Source of the DNA: an uncultured Syntrophomonadaceae bacterium | GTDB lineage: Bacteria; Bacillota; Dethiobacteria; DTU022 | Assembly (NCBI GenBank): GCA_964506505.1 | Contig: CAZDKY010000003.1 | Coordinates: forward strand, 44,673 to 108,672 | DNA: 64,000 bases | Direction of reading: 5' to 3' | Shown: positions 1-8,579 of the stretch, one piece after another | Layout: every line of letters begins with the position of its first letter | How positions within the stretch are numbered: the stretch's first letter is position 1 | Program-made: the position numbers and the translations under genes | Notes under the pieces: model-generated | Seen by the model: the letters and a program-made list of their open reading frames with translations, nothing else | Database searches by the model: none | What the model was told of the DNA's origin: nothing

Positions 1-1192
1 TGGTTTCAAGAGGGTTTAGTGGACAGCCCCTGTCGAAAAGATAGGAAATGATCATCGCCAGGGCATTTTTTTCCATGATTATCGCCGCCGCCAGGGTGTC
101 ACCTTCCGAAGGGCCACAGCACAGAGCACCGCCGCCTGCCAGCAGAACAGCACTGCGTTTTTTCAACAACCAGGCGATCTGCCGGGACACCTTCATGGTA
201 GATTCTGCCGGATCATTCTTTACCAGAGGAACATTTTCCCCTATGATCTGGGCAAAATCATCAATCATGGGGTACATTTTCTCGCCAGTCCGGGAAATAG
301 CGAGAACGTTAGGAGAAAGCACGTGCATGATAGCCTTTACGGTAGGGTTGAAGCGGTAAACAGCGTGGTGAACGGATAAAACGGGATCTAATTTTCCCTC
401 AGTCCATTCTCTAAAATCCCGTTCAAGATTGATCAGTACGGGGCGACCATCTCCTGATGACAAGGGCTTGTCGTTCTCAACAGTAGAGGGAAAAATGAAA
501 CCATCATCTTCCCTTTTACTGCTGTAAAATCTGCAGGGCTCCTGGCAGCTATAATCATTCCCCTTGCTTGATTTCCGGGTAATATAATAATTACGCAATG
601 ACAGCCAATCGGCAGAATCCGACTGGCTGATCTTCCTGTACTGTTTCAGTATGTAATTGGCACAGATCTCTTCCAGCCTTTCAGCAACCCGAAATGCTTC
701 TTCACTGTCAACACCAAGGCAAAGAGCCCCGTGAGCAGTCATAATGTAAGCTTTCCCTTTCGAACGGGACAAAGTGGTGGCAACATTTTCAGACAACTTT
801 TTACTGCCCGGCATTCCATAGGGAATTGACAGGACCCTGTCACCGATCAAAGAAGTATTTTCAACCCCTTCAATCTCGATGGCAGTCTGCAGGGGACTAA
901 GAGCCGAAGCATAATACTGGTGAGTATGAACGATGAAATTAATATCCCGACGCTGCCTGTAAACTGCGGCATGAACTCCCTTTTCCGAAGATGGTTCTAC
1001 GTTGCCCTCATAGCTCAGATCATCAAGGTTCATAACCACGATATCTTCCGAGGTCAACTTTTCATAAGGGCGTCCACTGGGAGTAATGGCAAAAAGGGTA
1101 TCACTCAACCGGCAGCTAACATTACCCCATGTCCGGGCAATTAACCCTTCTTCCACCAATCGCTTTCCAGCCTTCACTACCATTTCTTTTGC
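1..1192 (-). CDS. Class II aldolase/adducin family protein with two tandem aldolase-like domains. The gene is partial: its 3' end lies beyond the window start.
   Basis: I translated the minus strand by hand from the ATG at 1192: MVVKAGKRLVEEGLIARTWGNVSCRLSDTLFAITPSGRPYEK... continuing past position 1 with no stop codon. The GNVS motif and overall sequence resemble the fuculose-phosphate aldolase / MtnB family. A second aldolase-like region follows (..HHAVYRFNP..KAIMHVLSP..). The ORF track missed this gene because it runs off the window edge. The + strand ORFs 48..359 and 920..1144 are shadows of it. Confidence 0.7.
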
Positions 1193-1289
1193 TCTTCTAT
1201 TGTCCAAAGACCTGTCACCTTCTTTTTTTTGTCTGCAAATAAGTTGATGCGATCAAGGCCGCCCGGAGAAAGAACCAGTCCAGCTCTAT

Positions 1290-1324
1290 GAAGTTTTTTG
1301 AAATAATTAAACCGGGCCAATTAA
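1290..1324 (-). terminator. Rho-independent terminator downstream of the ylbF-like gene
   Basis: Inverted repeat ccgggcc/ggcccgg at 1302-1324. On the minus strand it is followed by a T/A-rich run. Confidence 0.5.
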
Positions 1325-1369
1325 AACGGCCCGGCAATAAGTTAATAAGTTAATACACAGGGTAGCTGT

Positions 1370-1714
1370 TTATTCTTCTTTTTCTTGTTCCGGGTTGATA
1401 CCGTCACTAATGGCCTTGTTAACATCTTGCATAAGCTGATCAAAATTGTTGCGGGCCCGGGCATAGGCCTGGATGGTCAAATTGGCATCCATTTTACCTT
1501 TCGCCGAGTTGAATTCATCGATCTGCTCCTGGTTTGGCTCCACTCCCGATTGCTGAGAAAACTGAACTTGCTGCTGTAATTTTTGGATTTTTTCAATTAG
1601 CTGACCGGCTTCGGGATCGCCTTTCACATTTTCAGTGGTTCTGTTCAATTCATTAAATTCGTCGGTTTTACGGATTTCAGAACCAAGTTCTTTTGCTTTT
1701 ACAAATATATCCAC
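1370..1714 (-). CDS. YlbF/YmcA family protein (UPF0342, competence/biofilm regulatory family)
   Basis: A 114-aa helical, Q/E-rich protein resembling the YlbF/YheA family. It starts with GTG and has an AAGGAGGA ribosome-binding site 6 nt upstream. Confidence 0.65.
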   Translation of the reverse strand: MDIFVKAKELGSEIRKTDEFNELNRTTENVKGDPEAGQLIEKIQKLQQQVQFSQQSGVEPNQEQIDEFNSAKGKMDANLTIQAYARARNNFDQLMQDVNKAISDGINPEQEKEE

Positions 1715-1812
1715 AAAAAATCCTCCTTATTTGGGTATGAATTAATGCCTTCTTGGTTCAGAACAGAAATTCCTTTAAAAACCGTCAATTTTTTATTTAG
1801 GCCGGTATTCCT

Positions 1813-3246
1813 TTACTGAATGGTAACGGCAAACCTTGAACCGTGGGGATTGACACAAATATCACATTTTTTGGCATAACCAGCAGCGCTGTAACCGGTC
1901 ATTCCACCTGCAAGATGACTAATATCTTTAAAACCATGCTGCTTTAGAATGCTTGCTGCAAGACCGGAGCGAAAACCGGTGCTGCAGATCAGTATCATGG
2001 GCAGATCGGGGTCAAGTTCCCTGTACCGGATCCGGAGATCGGGGACCGGGATATTGATCGCCCCTTCAATATGACTGTCGTTATATTCGAGGGGGGTACG
2101 GATGTCTATTAGTGCTGTCGGATTATTTCCTGTGACCAGAGCATGTAATTTTTCAGTCGAAATCAACTGCACCGATTCAGTTTCCAGGCCGGACATTACC
2201 CAGGGGGGCATGCCTCCGGCAAGGCAGCCCTTGACCCGATCCATGCCTACTCTGCGCAGCCAGAGGGCTGCTAATACTGTTTCATTGTAGTTGTCGCCAA
2301 CCAGGTATATGTCCCTATCCGTCGGTAAGACCCAGCCACCGAATGTGGGGAAATTCCCCCGAAGTTCAATATTGTATGATCCCCCAATGTTCATTCCGCC
2401 ATAAGCGGAGTAACTGCGGATATCAACTACCACGGCTTCCGAATCAGCAATCGCTTCCTTGAATTCTTGCGGCTTCAACTCTTCAAGGGGCGCAAAGGAT
2501 GAAAGCAGTCTCGGCCCGTGGCGGTTTATATCACTGCAGCGAAGGAAATGATCCGGTGCAGGCGGCATATTTTCAGTAAGCGAACGAATGAATTCCTCCC
2601 TGACCTTAATCTGCAAGGCAGGGTTATAGAGTTTTTCATAACCAAGGGTTGACAGATGTTTGGCCCCGATTGACCTGCCACAGAGAGAGCCTGCACCGTG
2701 AGCAGGGTATATTTCGCAGTGATCAGGCAGCTTCAGAAGTTTATTAAAAAGGCTGTCATAAAGTTTGCCCGCCAGTTCTTCCGCTTTATTCGGAAAGATA
2801 TCAGGTCTCCCAACATCACCGACAAAAATAAGATCACCGACAAATATACCGACAGGCTCCCTACCCCGGGAAAGATCGGTAACTGTGTAAGATACGTGTT
2901 CCGGGGTATGCCCGGGCGTTTCAATGACCTCGAGACGCATATCTTCAAGTTTGATGATGTCTCCTTCGGAAACAGGCTTATGCTGAAAGGTACACTCTGC
3001 CGCCAGAGGCGCATAGATGTCCGCTCCACTTCTGTCGGCAAGATCTATATGCCCAGAAACAAAATCGGCATGAAGGTGGGTAAGAATAATCATGGTGATT
3101 TTAACGCCCCGCCTGCGCGCCTCCTCGATGTAAATATCAACATCCCGCTGTGGATCAATTACCGCACAGCTTCGGCTGCCGATGATCATGTAAGAACTGT
3201 GAGCGATTTTGTCAGTAAAAATATGTTTAATCAGCACAGGGCACAC
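1813..3246 (-). CDS. MBL-fold metallo-hydrolase fused to two rhodanese domains (CstB-like persulfide dioxygenase / sulfurtransferase)
   Basis: HLHADFVSGH is an HxHxDH metal-binding motif. The C-terminal rhodanese domain carries the active-site loop CSTGFRSG. The gene's 5' end overlaps the stop of the upstream yloV ORF by 16 bp. Confidence 0.75.
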   Translation of the reverse strand: MCPVLIKHIFTDKIAHSSYMIIGSRSCAVIDPQRDVDIYIEEARRRGVKITMIILTHLHADFVSGHIDLADRSGADIYAPLAAECTFQHKPVSEGDIIKLEDMRLEVIETPGHTPEHVSYTVTDLSRGREPVGIFVGDLIFVGDVGRPDIFPNKAEELAGKLYDSLFNKLLKLPDHCEIYPAHGAGSLCGRSIGAKHLSTLGYEKLYNPALQIKVREEFIRSLTENMPPAPDHFLRCSDINRHGPRLLSSFAPLEELKPQEFKEAIADSEAVVVDIRSYSAYGGMNIGGSYNIELRGNFPTFGGWVLPTDRDIYLVGDNYNETVLAALWLRRVGMDRVKGCLAGGMPPWVMSGLETESVQLISTEKLHALVTGNNPTALIDIRTPLEYNDSHIEGAINIPVPDLRIRYRELDPDLPMILICSTGFRSGLAASILKQHGFKDISHLAGGMTGYSAAGYAKKCDICVNPHGSRFAVTIQ

Positions 3247-5042
3247 TCTTCCTTCCCAGTGTCAGAGACTGTGCAAATAGCTACAGCTCCACGGCCGGTA
3301 TTTATTGCAACTGCCGCTGATACCTCCGTTACATATTCCGGTTCTTTTTGAAGCAAACCGGCAATGACCTGGCTACAGTTTTCTGCCAGTTCCGCAGCTC
3401 CGGCATGAACAATGCAGTAGCTGTCGATCGGCTTTCCATTGTTGATCTTTTTAACAGCGTTAACAATTTTATTGAGGCTTGCCCTCTGGTTTACAGCAAC
3501 GGCAAAAAGCTTATCCCGGCCCTCTTCATCCAGGGTAACAAGAGGCTTGAGCTTAAAAAGGGATAATACAAAATTCTGCAGAAAGCTGAACCTGCCGCTG
3601 CGGGCAAGATATTTGAAATCAGTCATGCTGACAAACATTTTGACCCGGGATAGAAGGTTTTCAATGCTATCAACGATCTCTTCATAACTGCAACCCCGGG
3701 CAGCCATGCGGGCTGCTTTAAGAACCAGCAGGCCGTGAGCACCCGATTTTGTGTGCGAGTTGATTACATTAACAACCGTTCCATCATCGCGTAATTTCTC
3801 GGCTACTTTCTCAAATACCTCTCCGGTAGCGCTGAATTCTCTTGAAGCCGAGATCATGATCACTGATTGATAGTGTTCAGCAATAAAAGAAAGCTGATGA
3901 TAAACGGCATTAAAGGAAGGCGGGGAATAAGAAAGGTATTCAGATGCCCGACCGGCCAGATCATAAATTTGTTCAGGTTTCACTGATACTTTATCCAGGA
4001 ATGCGGATCCGTCTATGTTGATATTGATCGGGACAATGTTAATCTGATGTTCATTGATTAATTCAGGGGACAGATCTGCCGCAGAATCGGTCACCACCGC
4101 CACTTCGGCCAATCTTTTATGAACTACCTGGTACTGCCGGAGCATATCGTCAACTTTCTGGTTGGTTACGGTGCCGTACTCAAACAGACTTAAGAAAAAT
4201 TTTTCAGGCTCGTTAGTATGCATGTGAACCTTTGTTTTCTCAGATGTGCCGGCAATAATTAACGAATCCCCGAGGCTCTCCAGCGATTGTCTGAGTTGGG
4301 TGTGGTCAATAGCTGTCCCAGCTACCAATCCTTCAGAACAATAACGGTACTCAATGTTTCCCCCCATGACTGCTGCCGGTTCCGCCACTGCCGCATCAGG
4401 AGCTTCTCCATACAGCAGCGTTTTTAAATCTCCGGTGTTAATAAGTTTGGCCACTCCCTCGAGGAAAAGAACGAAACCCTGTGCACCGGCATCGACCACC
4501 GAGGCTTCTTTCAACACTTTCAATTTATCCGGTGTTTCTTTCAGGGACTGCCGGGCCCGTTCAACCGATTTAAGGAATACCCTAACAAAATCATTGGTTT
4601 CTTTAGCCAACCGTTGAAATGTATCTGCCCAATCATGAAGAACAGTGAGCATGGTCCCTTCAACAGGGTTAGAAACGGCATTATAAGCATAAGGCACCGC
4701 CTTTTGGACCGATTGGGCAAAAGACCTTGTCGAAAGGCGCTTATGATGACCTGTTTCCCTGGAAATACCGTTTATAAACGAGGCTATGATGATCCCCGAG
4801 TTCCCTCTTGCCCCATTGAGTGAAGCATCGGCAATAGAACGAAGCGTATCGCTGATGCTCCGGGAAGGTTTCACTGAATCAACAATATGGTTAAAAGTTG
4901 CCGCGAGATTGTTACCGGTGTCGCTGTCATATACCGGAAATACATTTATTTTGTTCAGCCTTGCCTTATTCAGAACGACTTCCCTGGCTCCAGCCAGAAA
5001 AGCATAATATATTCTATCGCCATTTATATAGCTGATGGACAT
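3231..5042 (-). CDS. yloV: DAK2-domain fusion protein YloV (DhaL-like N-terminus plus DegV-like C-terminus)
   Basis: 603 aa. An N-terminal Dak2 (DhaL) phosphatase-like domain is followed by a fatty-acid-binding DegV-like domain. Confidence 0.7.
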   Translation of the reverse strand: MSISYINGDRIYYAFLAGAREVVLNKARLNKINVFPVYDSDTGNNLAATFNHIVDSVKPSRSISDTLRSIADASLNGARGNSGIIIASFINGISRETGHHKRLSTRSFAQSVQKAVPYAYNAVSNPVEGTMLTVLHDWADTFQRLAKETNDFVRVFLKSVERARQSLKETPDKLKVLKEASVVDAGAQGFVLFLEGVAKLINTGDLKTLLYGEAPDAAVAEPAAVMGGNIEYRYCSEGLVAGTAIDHTQLRQSLESLGDSLIIAGTSEKTKVHMHTNEPEKFFLSLFEYGTVTNQKVDDMLRQYQVVHKRLAEVAVVTDSAADLSPELINEHQINIVPININIDGSAFLDKVSVKPEQIYDLAGRASEYLSYSPPSFNAVYHQLSFIAEHYQSVIMISASREFSATGEVFEKVAEKLRDDGTVVNVINSHTKSGAHGLLVLKAARMAARGCSYEEIVDSIENLLSRVKMFVSMTDFKYLARSGRFSFLQNFVLSLFKLKPLVTLDEEGRDKLFAVAVNQRASLNKIVNAVKKINNGKPIDSYCIVHAGAAELAENCSQVIAGLLQKEPEYVTEVSAAVAINTGRGAVAICTVSDTGKEECALC

Positions 5043-5192
5043 CTATTTCACCTGCACTTCCATACAATATTTTTAAACATACATGAATGTAAGATTCTTT
5101 ATTAAATAGCTTTAGTCCTGCTTTTTCCCGGATCATTCCTGCTGCCTGATAATCATCGCCCGGTTAACCGCTCCGGTCAATTAATCGTCCTT

Positions 5193-6665
5193 TTATTTTG
5201 AAGCCAGAACATTACGCCAGAGACGTCTCGATTCCGGCAGTAAAATAACAAGGACAGTATACACCTCCAGGCGACCGACTACCATCATAATGGAGAGCAT
5301 AACTCTGCCCACGGGAGGAATGACCTGATAGTTATGGAGAGGACCCACCCCGGCCAGGCCGGGCCCGACATTGCCAATAGTGGCCGCAACAGCAGAAAGA
5401 GAGGTTTCGAAATCCAAACCAAGCCCATTTAAAATCAGGGTGGCAAAAGCAGTCAGGGCAAAGTAAAGAAAACCGAAACCCATAATCGGGCGCAGGACTT
5501 CTTCAGATAAATTTTGTTCACCCAGCTTTATAGAAGAGATCGCCGATGGATGGACCAGGTTCGAAAGCTCACGGATGGAAAATTTAAGCATCAGCATGAC
5601 GCGAACCTGCTTTATTGCCCCGCCGGTTGAACCTCCGCAGGCTCCAATAAACATCAACCCGAGGAGCAAAACACGGGAAAAATGATGCCAGGCGTCAAAA
5701 TTGGTGGTGGCATATCCGGTCGTGGTTATTATTGAAACAACCTGGAATGATGCCAACCGCAGAGCTGTAAATATTTCTCCCTCGTACAGGTTGTAGATAT
5801 CCGCAGTGATCAGAATAATCGACAGGGCTGTAACTGCTGTATAAAAGCGCAGCTCAGGGTTCCTGTGAATGCTGAAATCCCCCCGGATTAGACGGAAATA
5901 AAGAACGAAGTTGGCCCCGGCAAGAAACATAAACGACGTAACCACTATTTCCGCGGCAGGGTTATTAAAAGCAGCTATACTGGCGGTGTAAGTGGAAAAC
6001 CCTCCTGTTGGCATTGTCGTAAAAGAATGAGTGAGAGCATCGAAAAAATCGAGCCCGCAGATCATTAACAGGATTATTTCAGACAGGGTCAGAGCTACAT
6101 AAATCAACCAGAGCCGGCGTGCTGTTTCCACCACGCGTGGTACAAGGCGTTCGGCGATGGGGCCGGGCAATTCTGCTTTAAACATAGTCATACTGCGAAA
6201 ACCAAAACGGGGCAGGATGGCCAGGAAAAGAACGATAATCCCCATGCCGCCGAGCCACTGCGTGATAGCGCGCCAGAGAAGCAGCCCCCGCGGTATATTT
6301 TCAATATCATCCAGCAGGGTTGCCCCTGTTGTGGTAAACCCGGAAACCGCTTCAAAATATGCGTCAATAAAACTCCCATTAAAGAGTCCAAAAAAGTGAA
6401 ACGGCAGAGCACCAAAAATACCGGCAACAAACCAGGCCAGTGCTACCAGGGTAAAATTTTCCACCAGACTTAATTCTTTACGGGTAGCACCCGAAAAAAG
6501 CTTAAACAAAAAAAAGCCGACTCCGGCTGTTAACAGAATCGCTTTCAAAAAAGCCATTCGGTCCGGCCCCTGCTCGCCGAGAGACCAAAAAGAGGCGATA
6601 ATCATCATCAGGGCCAGAAAGAGAAGCATGATCCCCAGCAGGTAAAAAATACGAAAACGGCTCAT
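5193..6665 (-). CDS. trkH: TrkH/KtrB family potassium uptake membrane protein
   Basis: 490-aa polytopic membrane protein with repeated selectivity-filter-like TTTG(Y) motifs. It sits next to trkA. Confidence 0.85.
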   Translation of the reverse strand: MSRFRIFYLLGIMLLFLALMMIIASFWSLGEQGPDRMAFLKAILLTAGVGFFLFKLFSGATRKELSLVENFTLVALAWFVAGIFGALPFHFFGLFNGSFIDAYFEAVSGFTTTGATLLDDIENIPRGLLLWRAITQWLGGMGIIVLFLAILPRFGFRSMTMFKAELPGPIAERLVPRVVETARRLWLIYVALTLSEIILLMICGLDFFDALTHSFTTMPTGGFSTYTASIAAFNNPAAEIVVTSFMFLAGANFVLYFRLIRGDFSIHRNPELRFYTAVTALSIILITADIYNLYEGEIFTALRLASFQVVSIITTTGYATTNFDAWHHFSRVLLLGLMFIGACGGSTGGAIKQVRVMLMLKFSIRELSNLVHPSAISSIKLGEQNLSEEVLRPIMGFGFLYFALTAFATLILNGLGLDFETSLSAVAATIGNVGPGLAGVGPLHNYQVIPPVGRVMLSIMMVVGRLEVYTVLVILLPESRRLWRNVLASK

Positions 6666-6716
6666 CTAAATCTCCACGCTCCGATCGGATCCAATTCATC
6701 AATTTGCAGGCAATTG

Positions 6717-8120
6717 TTATTCCGTGCCAGGGATGTCAACTGCTCGATGGTTACGGACTCCCCTGGTAGCGAGCGGAGCAAAATAGCGATCCAGTTTAAC
6801 GCTGACCTGGGGAACAGCAAAAATAACCAGGTGGTCTCCGGGCTGTAACTTTGTCTTTCCGCTGGGAATAATCAGTTCACCATCGCGGACAATGGAACCG
6901 ATCAGCATCCCTCGCGGAAGACGGGCTTCGGCTATTTTTTTATTAGCCACTTTGGCCGACTCAGGCAAAACCAGCTCAACGATCTCCGCCTTTTCATTCT
7001 GCAGGATTGAAAGAGCAACAACTTCTTCCCGCCTTGTGAAACGCACAATCTGGGCCGCTGCCAGTAAACGGGGATTGATTACACTGTCAATGCCGAGGGT
7101 ACTGTATACGGAAACGTACTGAGGTTTTCTCACTTCACAAATAATCTTTTCAACACCAAACTGCCTGGCCATTAAAGCTGCAACGATATTGGAACGATCG
7201 TCGCCGGTTGCAGCAATCACTGCATCGGCTGTCTCCAGATCCTCTTCCTTGAGCATGGCGATCTCGGTAACATCACCCTGTAAAACAAGGGTTTTCCTTA
7301 ATAACCTGCTGAGCTCTTCACACCGTTCAACTTTTTTCTCAATTATTTTCACAAAGAAAGGCTGGTTGCTCTCTTCCAGCATTTGCGCCAGCATGAGGGA
7401 AATCATCCCTCCGCCCAGGATGGTTACCTGGCGGATTAAGCAGCTTTCGTGATGCAGCAGGGTGCACAGATTTTTCAATCCTCCACTGCTGCCGAGCAGG
7501 TAAATTTTATCCCCTGGATTAATAATGTCACTCCCACCGGGGACAACGAACTCACCTTTGTTATTGCTAATCCCAACAATAATGGCCTCCTGATCTTGCA
7601 TCTGTATATTTTTTATAGGCACACCTGCTATGCCAGCTTCCTTTCCTACGGTAACTCCGAGCATCATCACTTTACCCCGGTTAAAATATTCTATTTCGCT
7701 GGCTGCCGGGAAATGAAGCATCCTCGAAATCTCCATTGCGGCCACTTTTTCGGGGTTAATAACAAGGTCAATGCCGAGCTGCTTTGGTGTTAACACTGAA
7801 GTCTGATCGACATATCCTGAATTGCGAATGCGGCAAACAGTCAGTGGAACATCATATTTTTTGGCCAGCATACAGGCAATAATATTAATCTCATCATGCT
7901 GGGTCACCGCGATCAGCATATCGGCATTTTTAATATCCGCTTTTTCCAGGACAGAAGCGTTTGCTCCATTATCCACTATGACCATCACATCGAGGGCTTC
8001 CTGAAAGCGGCGGGCTTTGCTTTCGCTTTTTTCGATAACCACAACATCCTGGTGTTTCTCAGATAGATTGCGGCCCAGCTCATAACCAACACCGCCACCG
8101 CCTACAACAATTATACGCAT
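6717..8120 (-). CDS. trkA: Trk system potassium uptake protein TrkA (two RCK/NAD-binding domains)
   Basis: MRIIVVGGGGVGYELGRNL Rossmann motif. The second RCK repeat begins ILGGGMISL. Confidence 0.9.
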   Translation of the reverse strand: MRIIVVGGGGVGYELGRNLSEKHQDVVVIEKSESKARRFQEALDVMVIVDNGANASVLEKADIKNADMLIAVTQHDEINIIACMLAKKYDVPLTVCRIRNSGYVDQTSVLTPKQLGIDLVINPEKVAAMEISRMLHFPAASEIEYFNRGKVMMLGVTVGKEAGIAGVPIKNIQMQDQEAIIVGISNNKGEFVVPGGSDIINPGDKIYLLGSSGGLKNLCTLLHHESCLIRQVTILGGGMISLMLAQMLEESNQPFFVKIIEKKVERCEELSRLLRKTLVLQGDVTEIAMLKEEDLETADAVIAATGDDRSNIVAALMARQFGVEKIICEVRKPQYVSVYSTLGIDSVINPRLLAAAQIVRFTRREEVVALSILQNEKAEIVELVLPESAKVANKKIAEARLPRGMLIGSIVRDGELIIPSGKTKLQPGDHLVIFAVPQVSVKLDRYFAPLATRGVRNHRAVDIPGTE

Positions 8121-8338
8121 TCCATCAAATCCACCTTCCCAGAGCAGCAGAAACAGATATTCTCATTCATATTAACCGAGAAAATATCCCAATGCAAATA
8201 TTATTGACAGCCGAAACCTGTTTTCATTCTTCAATCTGAAAGGGACGATTAAAAACCGTCCCTTTTCGATTCGATCAATTCGGCTACATTATATAATAGA
8301 GGATCCTTTTTGTTAAGGTTTTTTTATTAAATATCAAA

Positions 8339-8362
8339 ATCAATAAATTACAGTTGTCAATA
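8339..8362. repeat. Direct repeat copy 1 (atcaataaattacagttgtcaata)
   Basis: A 24-bp element that is almost identical to the one at 8453-8477. Confidence 0.7.
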
Positions 8363-8372
8363 ACATGTTGAA

Positions 8373-8433
8373 ATGTCACTTGACCCGGCTTTCCATAGGT
8401 GACATATTATCATGATAATTAATAAGGTGACAT
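8373..8433. promoter_or_regulatory. Cluster of GTGACAT half-sites (atgtcac ... aggtgacat ... aggtgacat)
   Basis: Inverted pair ATGTCAC (8373-8379) / GTGACAT (8399-8405), plus a second direct AGGTGACAT copy at 8425-8433. Candidate repressor-binding half-sites upstream of the MMPL operon promoter. Confidence 0.35.
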
Positions 8434-8452
8434 TATCACGTAATAACCACAC

Positions 8453-8477
8453 ATCAATAAATTACAGTTTGACAATA
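8453..8477. repeat. Direct repeat copy 2 (atcaataaattacagtttgacaata), overlapping the -35 box
   Basis: Near-identical copy of 8339-8362. It contains the TTGACA -35 hexamer. Confidence 0.7.
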
Positions 8478-8497
8478 CTTCGGCAGAGCATTATAAT
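8469..8497 (+). promoter_or_regulatory. Consensus sigma-A-type promoter for the MMPL operon
   Basis: TTGACA (8469-8474), 17-nt spacer, TATAAT (8492-8497). The MMPL start codon at 8580 lies about 83 nt downstream. Confidence 0.6.
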
Positions 8498-8499
8498 GC

Positions 8500-8537
8500 A
8501 AACAAGTAATTAAAACAGTTGTTTAAATTACTTGTTT
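8500..8537. promoter_or_regulatory. 38-bp near-perfect palindrome, a candidate TetR operator or 5'-UTR hairpin
   Basis: Left arm aaacaagtaattaaaac, centre agtt, right arm gtttaaattacttgttt. The 17-bp arms differ at one position. It sits immediately downstream of the -10 box and upstream of the ribosome-binding site. Confidence 0.5.
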
Positions 8538-8579
8538 AAAATAAACGTTAGATCCATAAATGTGCCGGAGAAGTAACCC

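Noticed and set aside
48-359. 103-aa + strand ORF at the window start
   Set aside because: It overlaps, antisense, the class II aldolase gene identified on the minus strand.
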